Translations under genes and position numbers: made by a program | The notes under the pieces: generated by a model | The model's database searches: none | What the model saw: the letters and a program-made list of their open reading frames with translations, nothing else | What the model was told of the DNA's origin: nothing | Assembly: GCA_040954595.2 (NCBI GenBank) | Contig: CM082577.2 | Location: 9,139,846 to 9,203,845 of the forward strand | DNA length: 64,000 bases | Direction of reading: 5' to 3' | Source of the DNA: Balanoglossus misakiensis | Lineage: Eukaryota; Animalia; Hemichordata | In this document: in pieces, positions 34,039 through 46,847 of the stretch | How the letters are laid out: every line of letters begins with the position of its first letter | How positions within the stretch are numbered: the stretch's first letter is position 1

Positions 34039-34103
<65 letters not shown>
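34039..34103. repeat. (ATG)n microsatellite
   Basis: Directly visible. Confidence 0.97.
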
Positions 34104-34106
<3 letters not shown>

Positions 34107-34723
34107 TCAAATTCGTCATGATGACGAAAATAAACGTAAAATATTTAACAAATAATTTAGGTATTTATTTATACCTCAGACAACTACAACTGGTTGAGTT
34201 TCCAAAGTCTGTTTCATGAATGCATATTTTGTTGTTCGCCTACACTGACATGGTGATGACTACTGCAGCTAGCTACACAGTACATGGGGGGCATTGTCCA
34301 CACACAATAGCCGGAACATTTAGAGCGGAAAATTGTCACTGTCTGCTCCTTGTATCGTTTTTCTTAACGACCTAAGACGTCACTTCATTCGATGTCTCTG
34401 TACTTAGAAGTGCGCCATTTGACGTGTTTGCACGTGCCCTTCGCGATCAATTTGTCATATCGCGTGTTTTGGTACGAAAAGCAAAAGGGATTGTAGTGTC
34501 GCCGTGATCTAGCGTGGATGTGGTATAGTGTGAGTTTGAGAACAAAGACGCGGCTGATCACATTGAGACAGCGGACGAATAGTATCTAAGTGAGGTGTCA
34601 AGGTTGGTCCCTTGGCCTTGCTTGTATGGTCGGTAAGAATTATATTGTAGGAATTTCAAGAGAGTGAGCAATGGGGGAAAGGCGAGGTAGACAGAGACAC
34701 CCAGACAGACATACTGAGAGACG

Positions 34724-34726
<3 letters not shown>

Positions 34727-34789
<63 letters not shown>
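34727..34789. repeat. (GA)n microsatellite
   Basis: Directly visible. Confidence 0.97.
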
Positions 34790-34795
<6 letters not shown>

Positions 34796-36730
34796 CAGAT
34801 AGACGTAGACATAGACAGAAACAGATATAGTGAGACAGAGAAAATCACAGACCATTTTGGACCAATGCACTATCACAGAACAGATTGAACAACATTTAAG
34901 CGATAGAGAAACAAACAGAACGCACAATTAAGAACTCACGGTCTATCTCTAATCACCAAACGTCAGGTGCACGGTGTAAACAATATTCTGATAAATAGCA
35001 ATTATATTTATCTTTGTGTGATACGTGCATAGAGCGGCCTGTGGTTCTTCTGGCCTGCAGCCAAATGCTTTAAGGCGACACGAGATTTCGATAAACAGAG
35101 CAAACAGGGGACAACAATCTGATCCTAAGATCAACGAACTCTTGCCCAAAAATCAACTCAGAATTTTACCCAGTTCATTTCAATTCGCTTAATAAGTGAA
35201 ATACTTTCGCACACTCGCGTCATCCGACGTCTTAGCAAACGCCAGGGCCTCTCTAAACTCGGGAAATTACATAAGGCGGTGTCTGGATCGGCTATTGAAT
35301 TTCAAAATCGTATTTGCAGGCTATTAGTACACCTGAACAAATGAATGTAGAAACTGGAGTTTGCGTTTTTTCTAGTATACTAGCTTTTTATTGCGATCGA
35401 TGTGGTTCTGCGTGCAGATGTCTTATGATTGATCTATATGCAGACTGCTATTCAACGACTTGATGGGGTCAGGGGGAATCTTCAAACGGTTTCGCAACAA
35501 TGAGCGGTGTCGTTTCTCTCCGTGACTTGTGTGCTAAACACAAACAAGCGCTGTCAGCTTCGGAAATAAATAGGGTTTATACTGTAATAGTTTGGACGAG
35601 CCCCAAACGACACTATCTGTGAACTATCCCTCATTGCACGCAAAGGTGTTTGGGTAGCGAGGCTACGCGCTCTTGGTTTCTATGGAAACGAACGCACTGA
35701 CCTGCGCCAGGCTTGTGGTCGCATAACGGTTTGCAATGCATGCATTGAATATAGACCCCAAAAAAGAGAGAAGGGTCTTTTCAGACCTATTTGTAAAATA
35801 GGTCTATTTGTAAAACTTCGCTGATGGGAGAATCTTTTCTTGGGGTATAGACGCAGCTGCCAGCAAAATATACAGTCATGCATGCCATGGCGTTCTAGAG
35901 AATCGACGACTAGAAAAATCTACTCCAACAATTTGCAGCCGGTTGTTCCGAGCAATTTCCTTTCTTTTTGTCTCTCGAATACTGCGACTTGTCAAACGTA
36001 TAGACAGACATTTTTTCTATCGGAACTCGCTCTTTTGCTCGCAGTGCGCAGTTCTTAGCGAGTCAAGTAAATGTTTCATAAAGTCGATAAAGGTAATGAC
36101 CCATCGCCATGGCGACGTGCGGAAATCGATCAGCGCGCAGACATGCGTAGTCGGTTTCTGGGATTAAATACCGGGCGCAGCGTTTGGGGGGCTTTTGTTG
36201 TGAGAGGAAACGTGGTAAATAGAGTCTGAACTGTTAAGTCTCTTTGACATTTGCTGGTTTTTTTCTTTTCAAGGTAATGTTGAAAAGAAAGAAATTACTT
36301 TTGTGTTGGCATGTTAAGTGGAAGGTATATCGGCAAACCATCGTCAGATTCAATCTGTCGAGTAAGACTCAATGCTCAATATTTTTCTATACGGCGGTAT
36401 GCTATGCGATCTTATGCTATGATGTTTTATGGTGTGAATTGTGTTGGCATCACACTATACAATTTTATTGGCCAGCAGTGTCTTAGCGGGAAAATGTTGC
36501 TTTTCTGACGACACCAATTTTTCATCAACAGATTCGAGCCAGCGACGGAGAGACCCGTGTGCATCGTGGATATCAACCTGCGAGGTTATGAAGTCTCTGA
36601 AGTCGTAGAAATTTGCCAAAAAGGGGAGGCTGGACTGTGTCTGGATTCATTGCGGGAATACTATTGAAAGTAAAAAAATATCTTCGATGATTGTGTTCAT
36701 GACGTAACTGCCCACTTGCCGACCGACGCC

Positions 36731-37501
36731 ATGAGTAACCTGAACAAGCCGTCCAGCGCGCCGTCCCGTTTCATAACGAACAAATCGACGGTGACGAAGG
36801 ACATCAAAGAGTGGGCCGGCTGCGGGAACGAGGATGGCTCCACCCTCATCATCGGCGCCCAGCTGAAGGACAACATCACCGAGCAGAGGATGCTGGAGTC
36901 CAAGCTGTACGACCTGTCCAAGGAGCGGTACAAGTTCATCGTCCAGGTGCAGCTGCAGCGCAAGGCGTTCATCGACCGGCAGCAGAGGAAGACCAGCGTC
37001 ATGAAGGACCTGCTGCGCTGCGTCGACATCTCTGTGCGCAACAAGTCGACCAAGCTGTCGGACAAAGTGCAGGCCTACAGGGGTCTCATAGACGAGCACT
37101 ACCCTCCCAGGGGCAGGTTCGTCAAGCCGAGGAGGAGCGAGAGCGACGAGGAGGACGACGGCCAGCGCGCGCCCTCCTCCAACCTGGAACTGGCCATCAG
37201 CCGGGGAGGCAGCCTGCCCCTGTACAAGACCGAATTGAGGCCGTCGCCGTCGCTGAAACACCCGTCGCCGCAGCCAATCGCCGAGAAGCGAACGGCTCTA
37301 CCCGCCATTGAAAAGAACCGCCACCTGACCCGAGCAGCTTCTGCGCGACAGTTGAAATACCGAGCAGTACACGACGACAGATTCGTCAGACTGGAAACGA
37401 CGCTCTCGCCGCTGTATCGGCCGGGTCTGTCCCTAGACATTAGGAATTTCCTGAATCAGCTTATGCCCAGAGAGCCGGAGGAAGTGGAAGTTGCTGAATA
37501 A
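36731..37501 (+). CDS. Uncharacterized 256-aa protein (N-terminal predicted coiled coil, basic/disordered C-terminal half), single coding exon
   Basis: Long ORF with strong C/G third-position codon bias against AT-rich flanks, GCCATG start context, an acceptor-like site (tttttcatcaacag) ending at 36531, and clustered AATAAA signals at ~38977-39021. No family recognised. Confidence 0.85.
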   Translation: MSNLNKPSSAPSRFITNKSTVTKDIKEWAGCGNEDGSTLIIGAQLKDNITEQRMLESKLYDLSKERYKFIVQVQLQRKAFIDRQQRKTSVMKDLLRCVDISVRNKSTKLSDKVQAYRGLIDEHYPPRGRFVKPRRSESDEEDDGQRAPSSNLELAISRGGSLPLYKTELRPSPSLKHPSPQPIAEKRTALPAIEKNRHLTRAASARQLKYRAVHDDRFVRLETTLSPLYRPGLSLDIRNFLNQLMPREPEEVEVAE

Positions 37502-40500
37502 GGCATTTGAAGGTTAAAATTAATACTATAGTAATTCCACACGGATGAAGCAATAAACACAATGAAAATGCCAACAATGAAAAGAAAAATCTGCATCCAG
37601 AACCAATGATAGCCAATTTCTGAAAAATTACAAGCTTACACATTATGGACGTGGTTTCCATCTTGCACGCTCAACGACAACTGCCGCACACGGCATGACA
37701 GAAACCGTGACGCAGAATCACTACATCCGGGCAACTTTGTGAGCAAAACACAAACGACCAAGACCGAGGTTGTAGTCCGGTCGATTTTCGAAACAAGCTT
37801 GTACCTGAAAATACCGAAGATTCCAGTTCATTCACGACGAAATTGACTGCTCAATTACCTTGACAACGAATGACAACATCGCCATCCTATGTATCCTCAA
37901 AGAACATTTTTTTAAACTTCCCAATATCATGATGCAGACTAAAGCTCATGAAGCTATACCCACTGAAAGTTATGCACCAGGGACCTATTTGGTCGTGGCA
38001 TGTTTGGCAGGTGGGAATGACCATTTAAATTCCGTCACTAATCCAGATAATAGTTGTCTGATTTCCACACGACTCAATTTGGAGTCTGACTATATATTTT
38101 TCTCAAAGAAGCACGTTTATTGGAAAACAATTATTGTAAGGAGTGTTCGTTCTCAGAACACTCCTTACTCCGTTTGTTCAGAACATTCACCCTTCAATAT
38201 ATTCCGTCCACAATAACAAAAAACCGTCCATATTCAGCCGGTAGGCTTTATACACATTTATCCGTGCCTGAAGCCTATATACAGTTACGTGTATATTCAA
38301 GTAAAGCCCATGTCCGACTGCTGAGCTATAGTAAACCGATCAGCAATTGTATGCACCTGTACAGTGTAATCTCTGTGTTCCAATGTTACGAACAGCTGAT
38401 TTATAATTAAAAATAATTCTTTCTAAATGTCAAAAGCCATTGTACATAAATTTCACATTTGGCTGTTTCTCTCATTTGTCTGTATGTGGTTGAAAAAAAC
38501 GACTTCCGTTTTGTTTCGTTTTGTTTCGTGTTCACATAGCCAGTACGGGGTCCTTTGGCCTTGCCCTTTCAATTCACTTCGCTTTTGTAGCGGAGTAGCA
38601 CGGTATACACATTCATAAGCTGCAGGTGTTGTCTTTATATCTAAATCTTTGAAAAAGAACACGCAATAAAACCAACTGTCAAATAGGCAGAATTTATTTG
38701 TTTATACCGTGAAAACATTTTGAAGGTAATTAAAATTTGAAGAAAAAAAATTAAAGTGACGTCATCTCGAACGAGAATTATTGTTCAAATCAACGTCATA
38801 TCAGCAAAAGAAAGTACAAATTATATAATTGTATTGTGCTTCACAATATTTATATTGCCAACCGAGGTTACGGGATGTTTTCGTTTTTTTTTCCTGGATG
38901 CGTTTTATGATAAGCTTTCTTCTAACAATATTATAAGCACCGTGTGCAAAGGGTAAAACTACCCCTGTAAGAGTTTAATAAATAAATTTGTGTATAAATA
39001 AATGAGATGTATGTAAATAAAATGTGTGTATAGTGTTACTATTTCTTTCTTACGTTTCCCGTGCTGAAAATATCAAGTTCATATCTTATTGATGTGTCCA
39101 TAACTACAACTTTTTCGGTGGAAAATGTTGGTCAACTATGGGCCTATAATGGCCATGTCAGAATGATAGTAACATCAATAATGTGACAATGATGCTGACG
39201 TCATATCGGTCATAAAGTTTATCGGAGGGACGGCGGAAGGACCTTGAAAGACCGTTCCGAGAGAGCTTGGGACGAACACAGCGCCATCTTTCGGTGAAAT
39301 ATTACAAACGACAGATGATAGAGCTCCCACCACGTGCCTGACTTGATTACGTACTGAGGGCCTGGGAGTCGTGTGTAGTGAAGTAAACCGAGAACGGTAA
39401 GAATACTAGTAAATGGCAAAATAGGCTGAAGTTAAACTGTTCAACACTTGGTACTTGAAATCTTACAAAATGAAGGAACTCACAAAATATTAATCATATC
39501 ACAATAAAGTAATCAATAAATTCGACACAAATGCGAAAGACCCTGTCTGTTGGCGTGATGTCGGTGTTTCTGATTGTAGCGCCTCCACTGGCCAAATCCG
39601 TCATACGCTGTCGTATTACAAATTTTCAGGTACAACTTTCGGGTGTAAACAGCGCCGCCCCTGAGAAATAGTTAACAGTACTTTGTTTTTCCTTCAAGTT
39701 GCTTGCCTGGCGTTACCTATGTGTCTGACCTGGCTTGTGGATCGGGATTTTGCATATTGTACCATGTCCTGCCTATTAGCACAGATGTACGTTCCCTCTT
39801 GTGTCCGTCAAGACTTACAACCAGTCTCAATACTCCTGTGTAGCTCAGTACATGTATATCCATTACCTACAAATCTTCACCGGGGGAGGATACTAAGTTT
39901 CGATGGGTCACCAATTTCGCCAAATTATAGCAGGCTAATCAGCCTTGGTATGTAATGCTATTGGTGGATGGCTTAATTTTAAGGGGTTACTGACTTCGAG
40001 AATTACCCTTCTTATTTTACGACATTATTTCGGTTTCTCCGTGGTGACTCTGTTCTCACAACAAAAATTTCCATGGGCGGGTATGCGGTTTTGTTCATTG
40101 TAGTGTACAGGCCTGTTTTTCAAGCCGAAATTGCGGTGAAATTATCGTATGTTCCTTTTCTGAACTGTTATTTACGTATTCGCATAGGTTGATAAGCGAA
40201 AAACCCACAAAAGTTAGAATTTACTGATTGTTATACAATTTAACCTTTTTATTCGAATTACGTACACTGTCGGTTACTAGTCGTTATTATCGCCCCCAGT
40301 CTAGGTCAAACCACATGGAACACCCTCGGTTTTGAAAGAGTCTTCGACCCTTGTCGTTTAGTTTTGAAAATTCAGGTGAAATAAATAAGAGATAAAGAAG
40401 CGATCAAAAAACGACCATTCTTTGGAACAAAGAGTAAGGTCATATCTTAGTCAAAATCTGTTGTTACGAGGGCCGATGTGTACACGCACAATATATATAA

Positions 40501-42145
40501 GGCATTGTTGTGAGACGTGTTTGCTTTTGCCCATTCAGCGTTCCCTGTACCCCAATGGTACCCCTACGTCAGCCATGACTCTGTTTACAACCCTATTTAC
40601 GTGGTTCGAATCGGCAATCAGCAGGCGCGAACCGGACAATAGGTGGGATAACAGTTTGGCGTCAATGACGCACGCCCTAATAAATGGGTTCCCGGTACTT
40701 GATGTGTGAGTGTGTCGCTTGTCACTGCTCTGAAGAAGCCATTTGTGGGCAATTATGACAACTGTCTGCGAAAGACGCGCGTACTGAAACCCAATTTCGT
40801 CCCGCCATCGGCGATTCGCGCGTTTATAGCTCAATTCGTCGTGTTTACCGTCAGTTATTTTGAAATCTTCATAAAATTCTTAGTACCCCTCGGTCTCAAT
40901 GGCGGGTCTTGCCGCTGTTGTGAGTTCGAGTGTACTTGAATTGGACGAAATAAACACCGAACAAGCGCCGCCCACTCCGAGTGTCTCTATATTCGAACAA
41001 ACTGTTCCCTTTCTTGTTATGCTTCAACCGAAACGAGTAATTTGTTGCTTTATTTTTTCCTGTCAAGATTAAGAATTTTGTCGCGAGTGGTTCCTTTGTC
41101 AAATTGAAGGTGCTCGGGGTTAATCCTGCGTTGATGCCGTGCCTTCGCCCTTTTCACCCTGAATATTACAGAACCTAGCTGTTTACTATATTCGTGAAAG
41201 GTGGGAAACCCTTGCCAAGTTGTAAAAAATGCAATTAAATTTTTGTTGTTAAAGGAAATGTGTAAAACGCAACGCTTTATGGCTCAGGGGAGTTCTTATA
41301 CGATTTTCCCCTCCATTTTTGGCTAGATTAGTCGTGTGCATGTTGTTGTTGTTTTTCCCCTCCACGTTTCGATGAATTAACGGTTTCCTTATCTTTCAGT
41401 GAACTCTTTATTGAGACCCGTTTCTTTGTGAGGACAAGAATAGGGAAGCCGGTCAACGACTTTTTATTAACTCGCCATGTTATTTTGGAGTGGCTTGTCA
41501 TAAATTATGCCAGTGATATTATCGGAGTGACTAACATACCTGGAATAGTTCAAACTTCCGCGGTGAAGATATTTGGACTGCAGCGAAGTTCGACGATCTC
41601 TCGGTGAAGCCCGCCGAGATCAGAAGAAAAACAATGTTCGGTTTTAAAATTAAACACTGAGATGTTAAAGGGAATCGTATTTATGTTTTTCATCTCAATG
41701 AAATATGCTCAATGGCCGACAGTTGTCACATTTCAGAACCCTGCAGTATGGGTATAACAGTTCGCTGGGGAAACGATATGGTCCAACTGCAGCACGTGCA
41801 TGATATACATGTAAATGTTAAAAGAAAGTATTCCCAATGATTCTAAAAATGTGAGTCATTGGTCATGTTTCAGTGAAAAATCCTTGAATCTAACATTTTC
41901 AACCTTTTTTATATTACATTTTCGGGTTATTTTTAGTGCGTACTTATCTGTATCTGGGACGATTGATTTTTTCAAAGCTGGGTTATCGTGATTTTACTGT
42001 TACATCATTTCACAGTTTGTCTGCCAGCATAAAAATCGATATCTTTATCGATGGGAATGCGCCCCACATTTCCAATGTCCACGATCCAATTTGCATAAAT
42101 CGATTTTCCGTCTCGTGTGACAAACTTTGGAACTTGTGTGGGAAC

Positions 42146-42604
42146 TAGTCTCGGTTACCCAGACGCCTTTGCTTCTTCCGATGCTCTCCAGAAAAAGGGT
42201 CTGGGGAAATGCTATTGAAAGCTTTGTAAAACAAAATGGCCGATGTCAGGATTTTGATCATCGCCTGATTGGCTGAGCTGTCAGTATGACCCGGGTCACT
42301 GACTCTCGACAATGTGTGATTATTTGTCGTATCTTCATATCAAGAGACCGGTACTTGTTGGTTGATGCGAATGGCAAAATGCGTCCTCTGTTAGCATTGT
42401 TGGAGAAATTATATGAAATATCTTTGGTAGACGATTGTCGAAACTATTGCAATGACCCGGGTCATACTGACAGCTCAGCCAATCAGGCGATGATCAAAAT
42501 CCTGACATCGGCCATTTTGTTTTACAAAGCTTTCAATAGCATTTCCCCAGACCCTTTTCTGGAGAGCATCGGAAGAAGCAAAGGCGTCTGGGTAACCGAG
42601 ACTA
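42146..42604. mobile_element. Non-autonomous DNA transposon (foldback/MITE) with ~155-bp TIRs and target-site duplication
   Basis: TAGTCTCGGTTACCCAGACGCC... at 42146 and its near-perfect reverse complement ending at 42604; the direct repeat gtgtgggaac flanks it at 42136-42145 and 42605-42614. Confidence 0.95.
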
Positions 42605-45225
42605 GTGTGGGAACAAGAGCTCAGAATCCTCGACGGCACACGTGATTTTTAACCGTTCCAAAGTCCTTGTACACGTAGTAGTAATTTTCTGTCACTGATC
42701 CTTCCTGGACCTGTCGGAAAAATTGCGTAGTGATCTTTAAGTGGTTTCCTGTGACTTGGACCGCACTGCCGCTGAAAACGATCAAGAAGAAAATGCCCCC
42801 CCCCCCGCTGATGTGTACAAAAGAACGCGAGAAGGAAAAACAAAATTAACAACAAAAATCACCGAAAACATTCAAACATCTCGCCAGGGGGGATCGCACG
42901 ACGAAAATAAAGACAATTTGTTTCTTGTTTTTGATAGCGACATAATGGGGGACCCCACTCAAACTGATCGTCAATCACCTTTGGCCGACTGAATGCGCGT
43001 GAAAGGATAAGAAGCACATCATCGCTCAGAGGGGGATCTTCTGCTTCTGTAGACAGGAAGCCATGCATGATATTCGGGTTTCCTACGCATTATCATCAGA
43101 GAGATTTTTAAGACCCACTTTCGTGTATAAAAAACACGAGAAATCTTTTATTGTCATTCTTTTGTGACGGAAAAAAGTCAACGCGATGCACACTCAAATT
43201 AATCAAGTCCTACCAAGTCATACACAGGGTTCGGTCGCAGAGGTTAATCTACATTGATCCGGATGGTTAAACTATAGACAGGGTTTTTAATGCCTATGGT
43301 TAATTTATTTTTAAACTATCAACTATTTTTTTCTGTTTTAAAGAGTGTGGTTAGGTTGAAACCTTACATCATAACGGTGATCGTGAGCAGAATGACGAGT
43401 CCGGATATACACGAACACCATGATACAGTACGTGACAAAATAAAGGTGTCCACGAAAAGTAAACGCTTTAATTTTTTTCTCCTTTTGAGAAAATGAGCCC
43501 TATATCAGCGTATCCTGGCGCATGGTGGACGTTGCCCCGGACGGTCGCTACACTTAAAACTTACGGTTCTCCGAATACGCTACAATTTGATACGCGTAAA
43601 GATACCTTTTTCCGGTTGTGGAAGTCACGAGAGTCAATACAGCGCGAGCCGTTACCGGCCTCCGGTGGCTGTTATTTTAGAGTGGCTCTATTATTATACT
43701 CCTTTACTAGAATGACATCATATTTGAACACGATCTCACGGCTGACGTCACAAATTAGCGAGCTGAATGCACTGTCGAAAACGCAGCGGGTATCATCTTT
43801 CTTTCTTTTTCCGTTTTTTGCTTGATTGCATCTTGGGAAACAAATAGGTCGCCAAAGCAGCTATAGAGTCATCAGGTCAACGGTCGTTTAATGAAGGAGG
43901 GAGATTTTCTCTTGTCAATCTCTTCGCGCAAACCTTCTTTAAGATTCGGAGATTTGGCACGGTTGCCGTCATGGTATTTTAATAGGTTTGGTGGCCTCAG
44001 AAATACTGTTATATAAATGAAAACGTCCTTGGCAAGCCGCCGTGTGCGTCGACCGTCAGAGAACTATTGATCCACAGAAATTCTATTCTCGCCCCTAAGT
44101 CATGCTTCAGTTGCACCCCAATATAAACGTTGCATAAATAGTTATGAATCGCAGAGGGGAACCTTTGCGCAAGGTGATAGTTCTGGGCCGGAATGTTATT
44201 GCTAGAATATTTTTGCAGGTGTGAGATAAGGCCACGCGTCGCTTTTGTCGGGGGAGTCTGGGTAAATACCGTCTCCAGCAATCAACAAGTGTCTGTATAA
44301 ACACGTGAAATCTCATTCAGCTATGAAAGTGGGGTGTGAGGGAAAAAATGCACGGGTGACTGACCTAACGGTAAGGCAAATTGGATATCGGCGGTAAGAC
44401 GAGACGGCGTCGCTCACGTGATGCCCGGCTCGCATATAGCCGGTTCGGATCGGTATGTGGGTACATGCGGACGACGTCGGATATTACGAAACGCCGTCCA
44501 TTTTGTAGATTTACCCTTAGGCCCACTATCAACATTGTTTAAAACATTAAATGGTACACCTCGCAAATAATCGCACAACATGGCGGTAATAATAACAATA
44601 TCGAAGTCTAATTGTCATATTTGTGTCACGCCTACCTATTCAAATTGAAGCCAATATCAATCATGGCGACAATCGTGGTTTTATCATTTCCATGACAACT
44701 GTTCATTTTTTACCGTCTACTTTTGAACTCCGCGTGATGAGGCTCTCTGGGTCAATGAAGAGTTGCTGTGTTTGGCTTGCTTGTTCGCTCGCCAAAATGA
44801 GAATTTCAAAATATCGTTTTCGGAAAGACAGTTTGCAAGATTATACGCGTTTGCGGCACGTGAACAACGGTGAGATATATATTTCACAAGTGGCTCTGTT
44901 GACATAAAGGATTTTATTCACTGCGTTTATCGCGCGGCGGGGAAGGGTTCCTCCCACAATGCCGTTCGCGCGAGTTGACAATCCAACCCAGCGTTCAATT
45001 CATTGTCATGGAAACCGTCAGTTTTTCCTGTTGACGAGAGAGAGCGAGGGGGGTCAGCCAAGTAAAGTCGGGGAGTGGGTTGTACCCTCGGACGTCGGAC
45101 ACCACGACGTATGCCGTGCATTGTTCGCGGACTTATTCACCGTGACGCCGCCGTCGGGCTTTTGTTGTGCGGAGCAGTTCGGGGAATGATAAACACGCGC
45201 ATTGAATTGGCAGTCGGTGGCTGAG

Positions 45226-45266
45226 TATATAAAAGGGGGCGACCTTATACCAACCACTCTTCAGTT
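45226..45266 (+). promoter_or_regulatory. TATA box and initiator-like sequence of the ankyrin gene
   Basis: TATATAAAAGGGGG at 45226, with CCACTCT/TCAGTT about 30 nt downstream and the ATG ~120 nt further on. Confidence 0.6.
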
Positions 45267-45377
45267 GCCCGGGATAGCCACTCGGTATTAGCATGTATGT
45301 GTAAACGACACCGACATATCAAGCGATTTACTCTACAGACAACAAAAACCCCACAGTTTACAGCAAGGGACACTATC

Positions 45378-46847
45378 ATGGCTGGTCGACTATTCGAGGC
45401 GGTGTCCGAAGCTCGCTTCCCCGACGTCCGACTCCTGCTGAACCTCAGCGTCAACGTGAACTGCAGAAACTCGTCGGGGCAGACGCCCATCATGACGGCG
45501 TTGTTTATCGAGGACGAGCAGAACAGAGATAGGATGTTCCGCTACTTGCTGCGGCGCGGCGCCGACGTGCTGGCCGAAGACAACAGCGGGAGGACCGCGT
45601 TCCTGTACGCCTGTCAGAAGAGGCGGACCAAGCAGGCGCACCGCATTCTGAACTCGGTCGGTGCCGGCAGCGTGAACTTAAATTGCCGCGACGTGGACGG
45701 CACCACCCCGCTGCTGTACGCTGTGAAAACTAACAATATAGACTTGGTCAAGTTGCTCGTGCAGTTGTTAACGTACTATCATCTCAGTGTTGACGTCCCG
45801 GATCGGGACGGATGCACGCCTCTCATTCTAGCGCGTAAATTGGAACTGGCCGAAGTAGGCGACTTTCTTTACAAAGAAGGCAAGGCGAACCCGCACATAG
45901 CCGACGACAAGGAACACCTGAACGCTTACGAATGGGCCGAATATGCCAAGGAAAGGAGGGAAGTGGACGAGAAGGAACGGAAAAGGGTGCAGAATTTGAT
46001 ATTCCCACCCGTCACCCGCATTCGAAGGAAAAAGCTAAGACCGCGGGCGATTCGTCCGATTCACGGCCTGAAGTCGTCGCCACCCCACTCCGTGAGAGAC
46101 GATTCCGAAGTGACGAGTTACTCGGCCCCGGACGTGCTGAGCGGAATGTCGACTACGAGATCTTCCTCGTCCAGTCTGGGTACGTACCGGCGGAGGGGCT
46201 CGCTGACGTCGTCGCTGCCGCTCATCACGGACAAGCGGCCGCTGAACAAATCGATAGACTCGGCACTGACTCTGTTGGAGATGGCATCCATACACGGAGA
46301 CCATATGGAGCACGTTGACCATTTTGTGAGCAGCCAGCCGGACTGGAACAAGCACAGAACCCATTACCACCACCACCAACACCACCACCACCGCGCCAAC
46401 GAAGGTGGGGACTTGACTTTATTCAACAGGTTGTTCTCGGTGTACGCCGAGCAGCAGACCGACTCCTACCGCAAAGTTGCCAAAATCGCGAGGCCCAAAA
46501 CGCCGCCCAAGGCGGCGTCGGGCAAGAAGAAAGTGTCGTCGCTGGCCATCGTCTTCGGCAGGGACAAGGAACACCAGCGACAGCAGCGGCTGGCCGCGCG
46601 CAAGGGCAGACGAGGGGGAAAGAACGGCGAGAGAGACTCGAGGGCGGACGTCAAATCCAAGCGCTCGCGCGAGTCGAAGAAGGGCGACGGAGCGGGCTTC
46701 GACAGGAAACTGGCCATCATCACCGAAGACACGGAGGAATCAATCAACAGAGACTCGAGGAGACGCTCGACGCACAAGAAACTGAGCGCCGCAGCCACGC
46801 TGGAGAACAAGCGCATACCAAAAGTAGTGATGGCACAAAGCAATTAA
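45378..46847 (+). CDS. Ankyrin-repeat protein, ANKRD34/ANKRD63-like (489 aa, uninterrupted ORF)
   Basis: About 5 N-terminal ankyrin repeats (GQTPIMTA, GRTAFLYAC, GTTPLLYAV, GCTPLILA), then a long Ser-rich, His-tract and Lys/Arg-rich low-complexity tail. The architecture resembles ANKRD34/63. Coding-type codon bias. Confidence 0.88.
   Translation: MAGRLFEAVSEARFPDVRLLLNLSVNVNCRNSSGQTPIMTALFIEDEQNRDRMFRYLLRRGADVLAEDNSGRTAFLYACQKRRTKQAHRILNSVGAGSVNLNCRDVDGTTPLLYAVKTNNIDLVKLLVQLLTYYHLSVDVPDRDGCTPLILARKLELAEVGDFLYKEGKANPHIADDKEHLNAYEWAEYAKERREVDEKERKRVQNLIFPPVTRIRRKKLRPRAIRPIHGLKSSPPHSVRDDSEVTSYSAPDVLSGMSTTRSSSSSLGTYRRRGSLTSSLPLITDKRPLNKSIDSALTLLEMASIHGDHMEHVDHFVSSQPDWNKHRTHYHHHQHHHHRANEGGDLTLFNRLFSVYAEQQTDSYRKVAKIARPKTPPKAASGKKKVSSLAIVFGRDKEHQRQQRLAARKGRRGGKNGERDSRADVKSKRSRESKKGDGAGFDRKLAIITEDTEESINRDSRRRSTHKKLSAAATLENKRIPKVVMAQSN

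Noticed and set aside
36647-37261. 204-aa minus-strand ORF and other overlapping ORFs
   Set aside because: Antisense shadows of the GC3-rich plus-strand gene. The same applies to ORFs overlapping the ankyrin gene and the TRPA exons.
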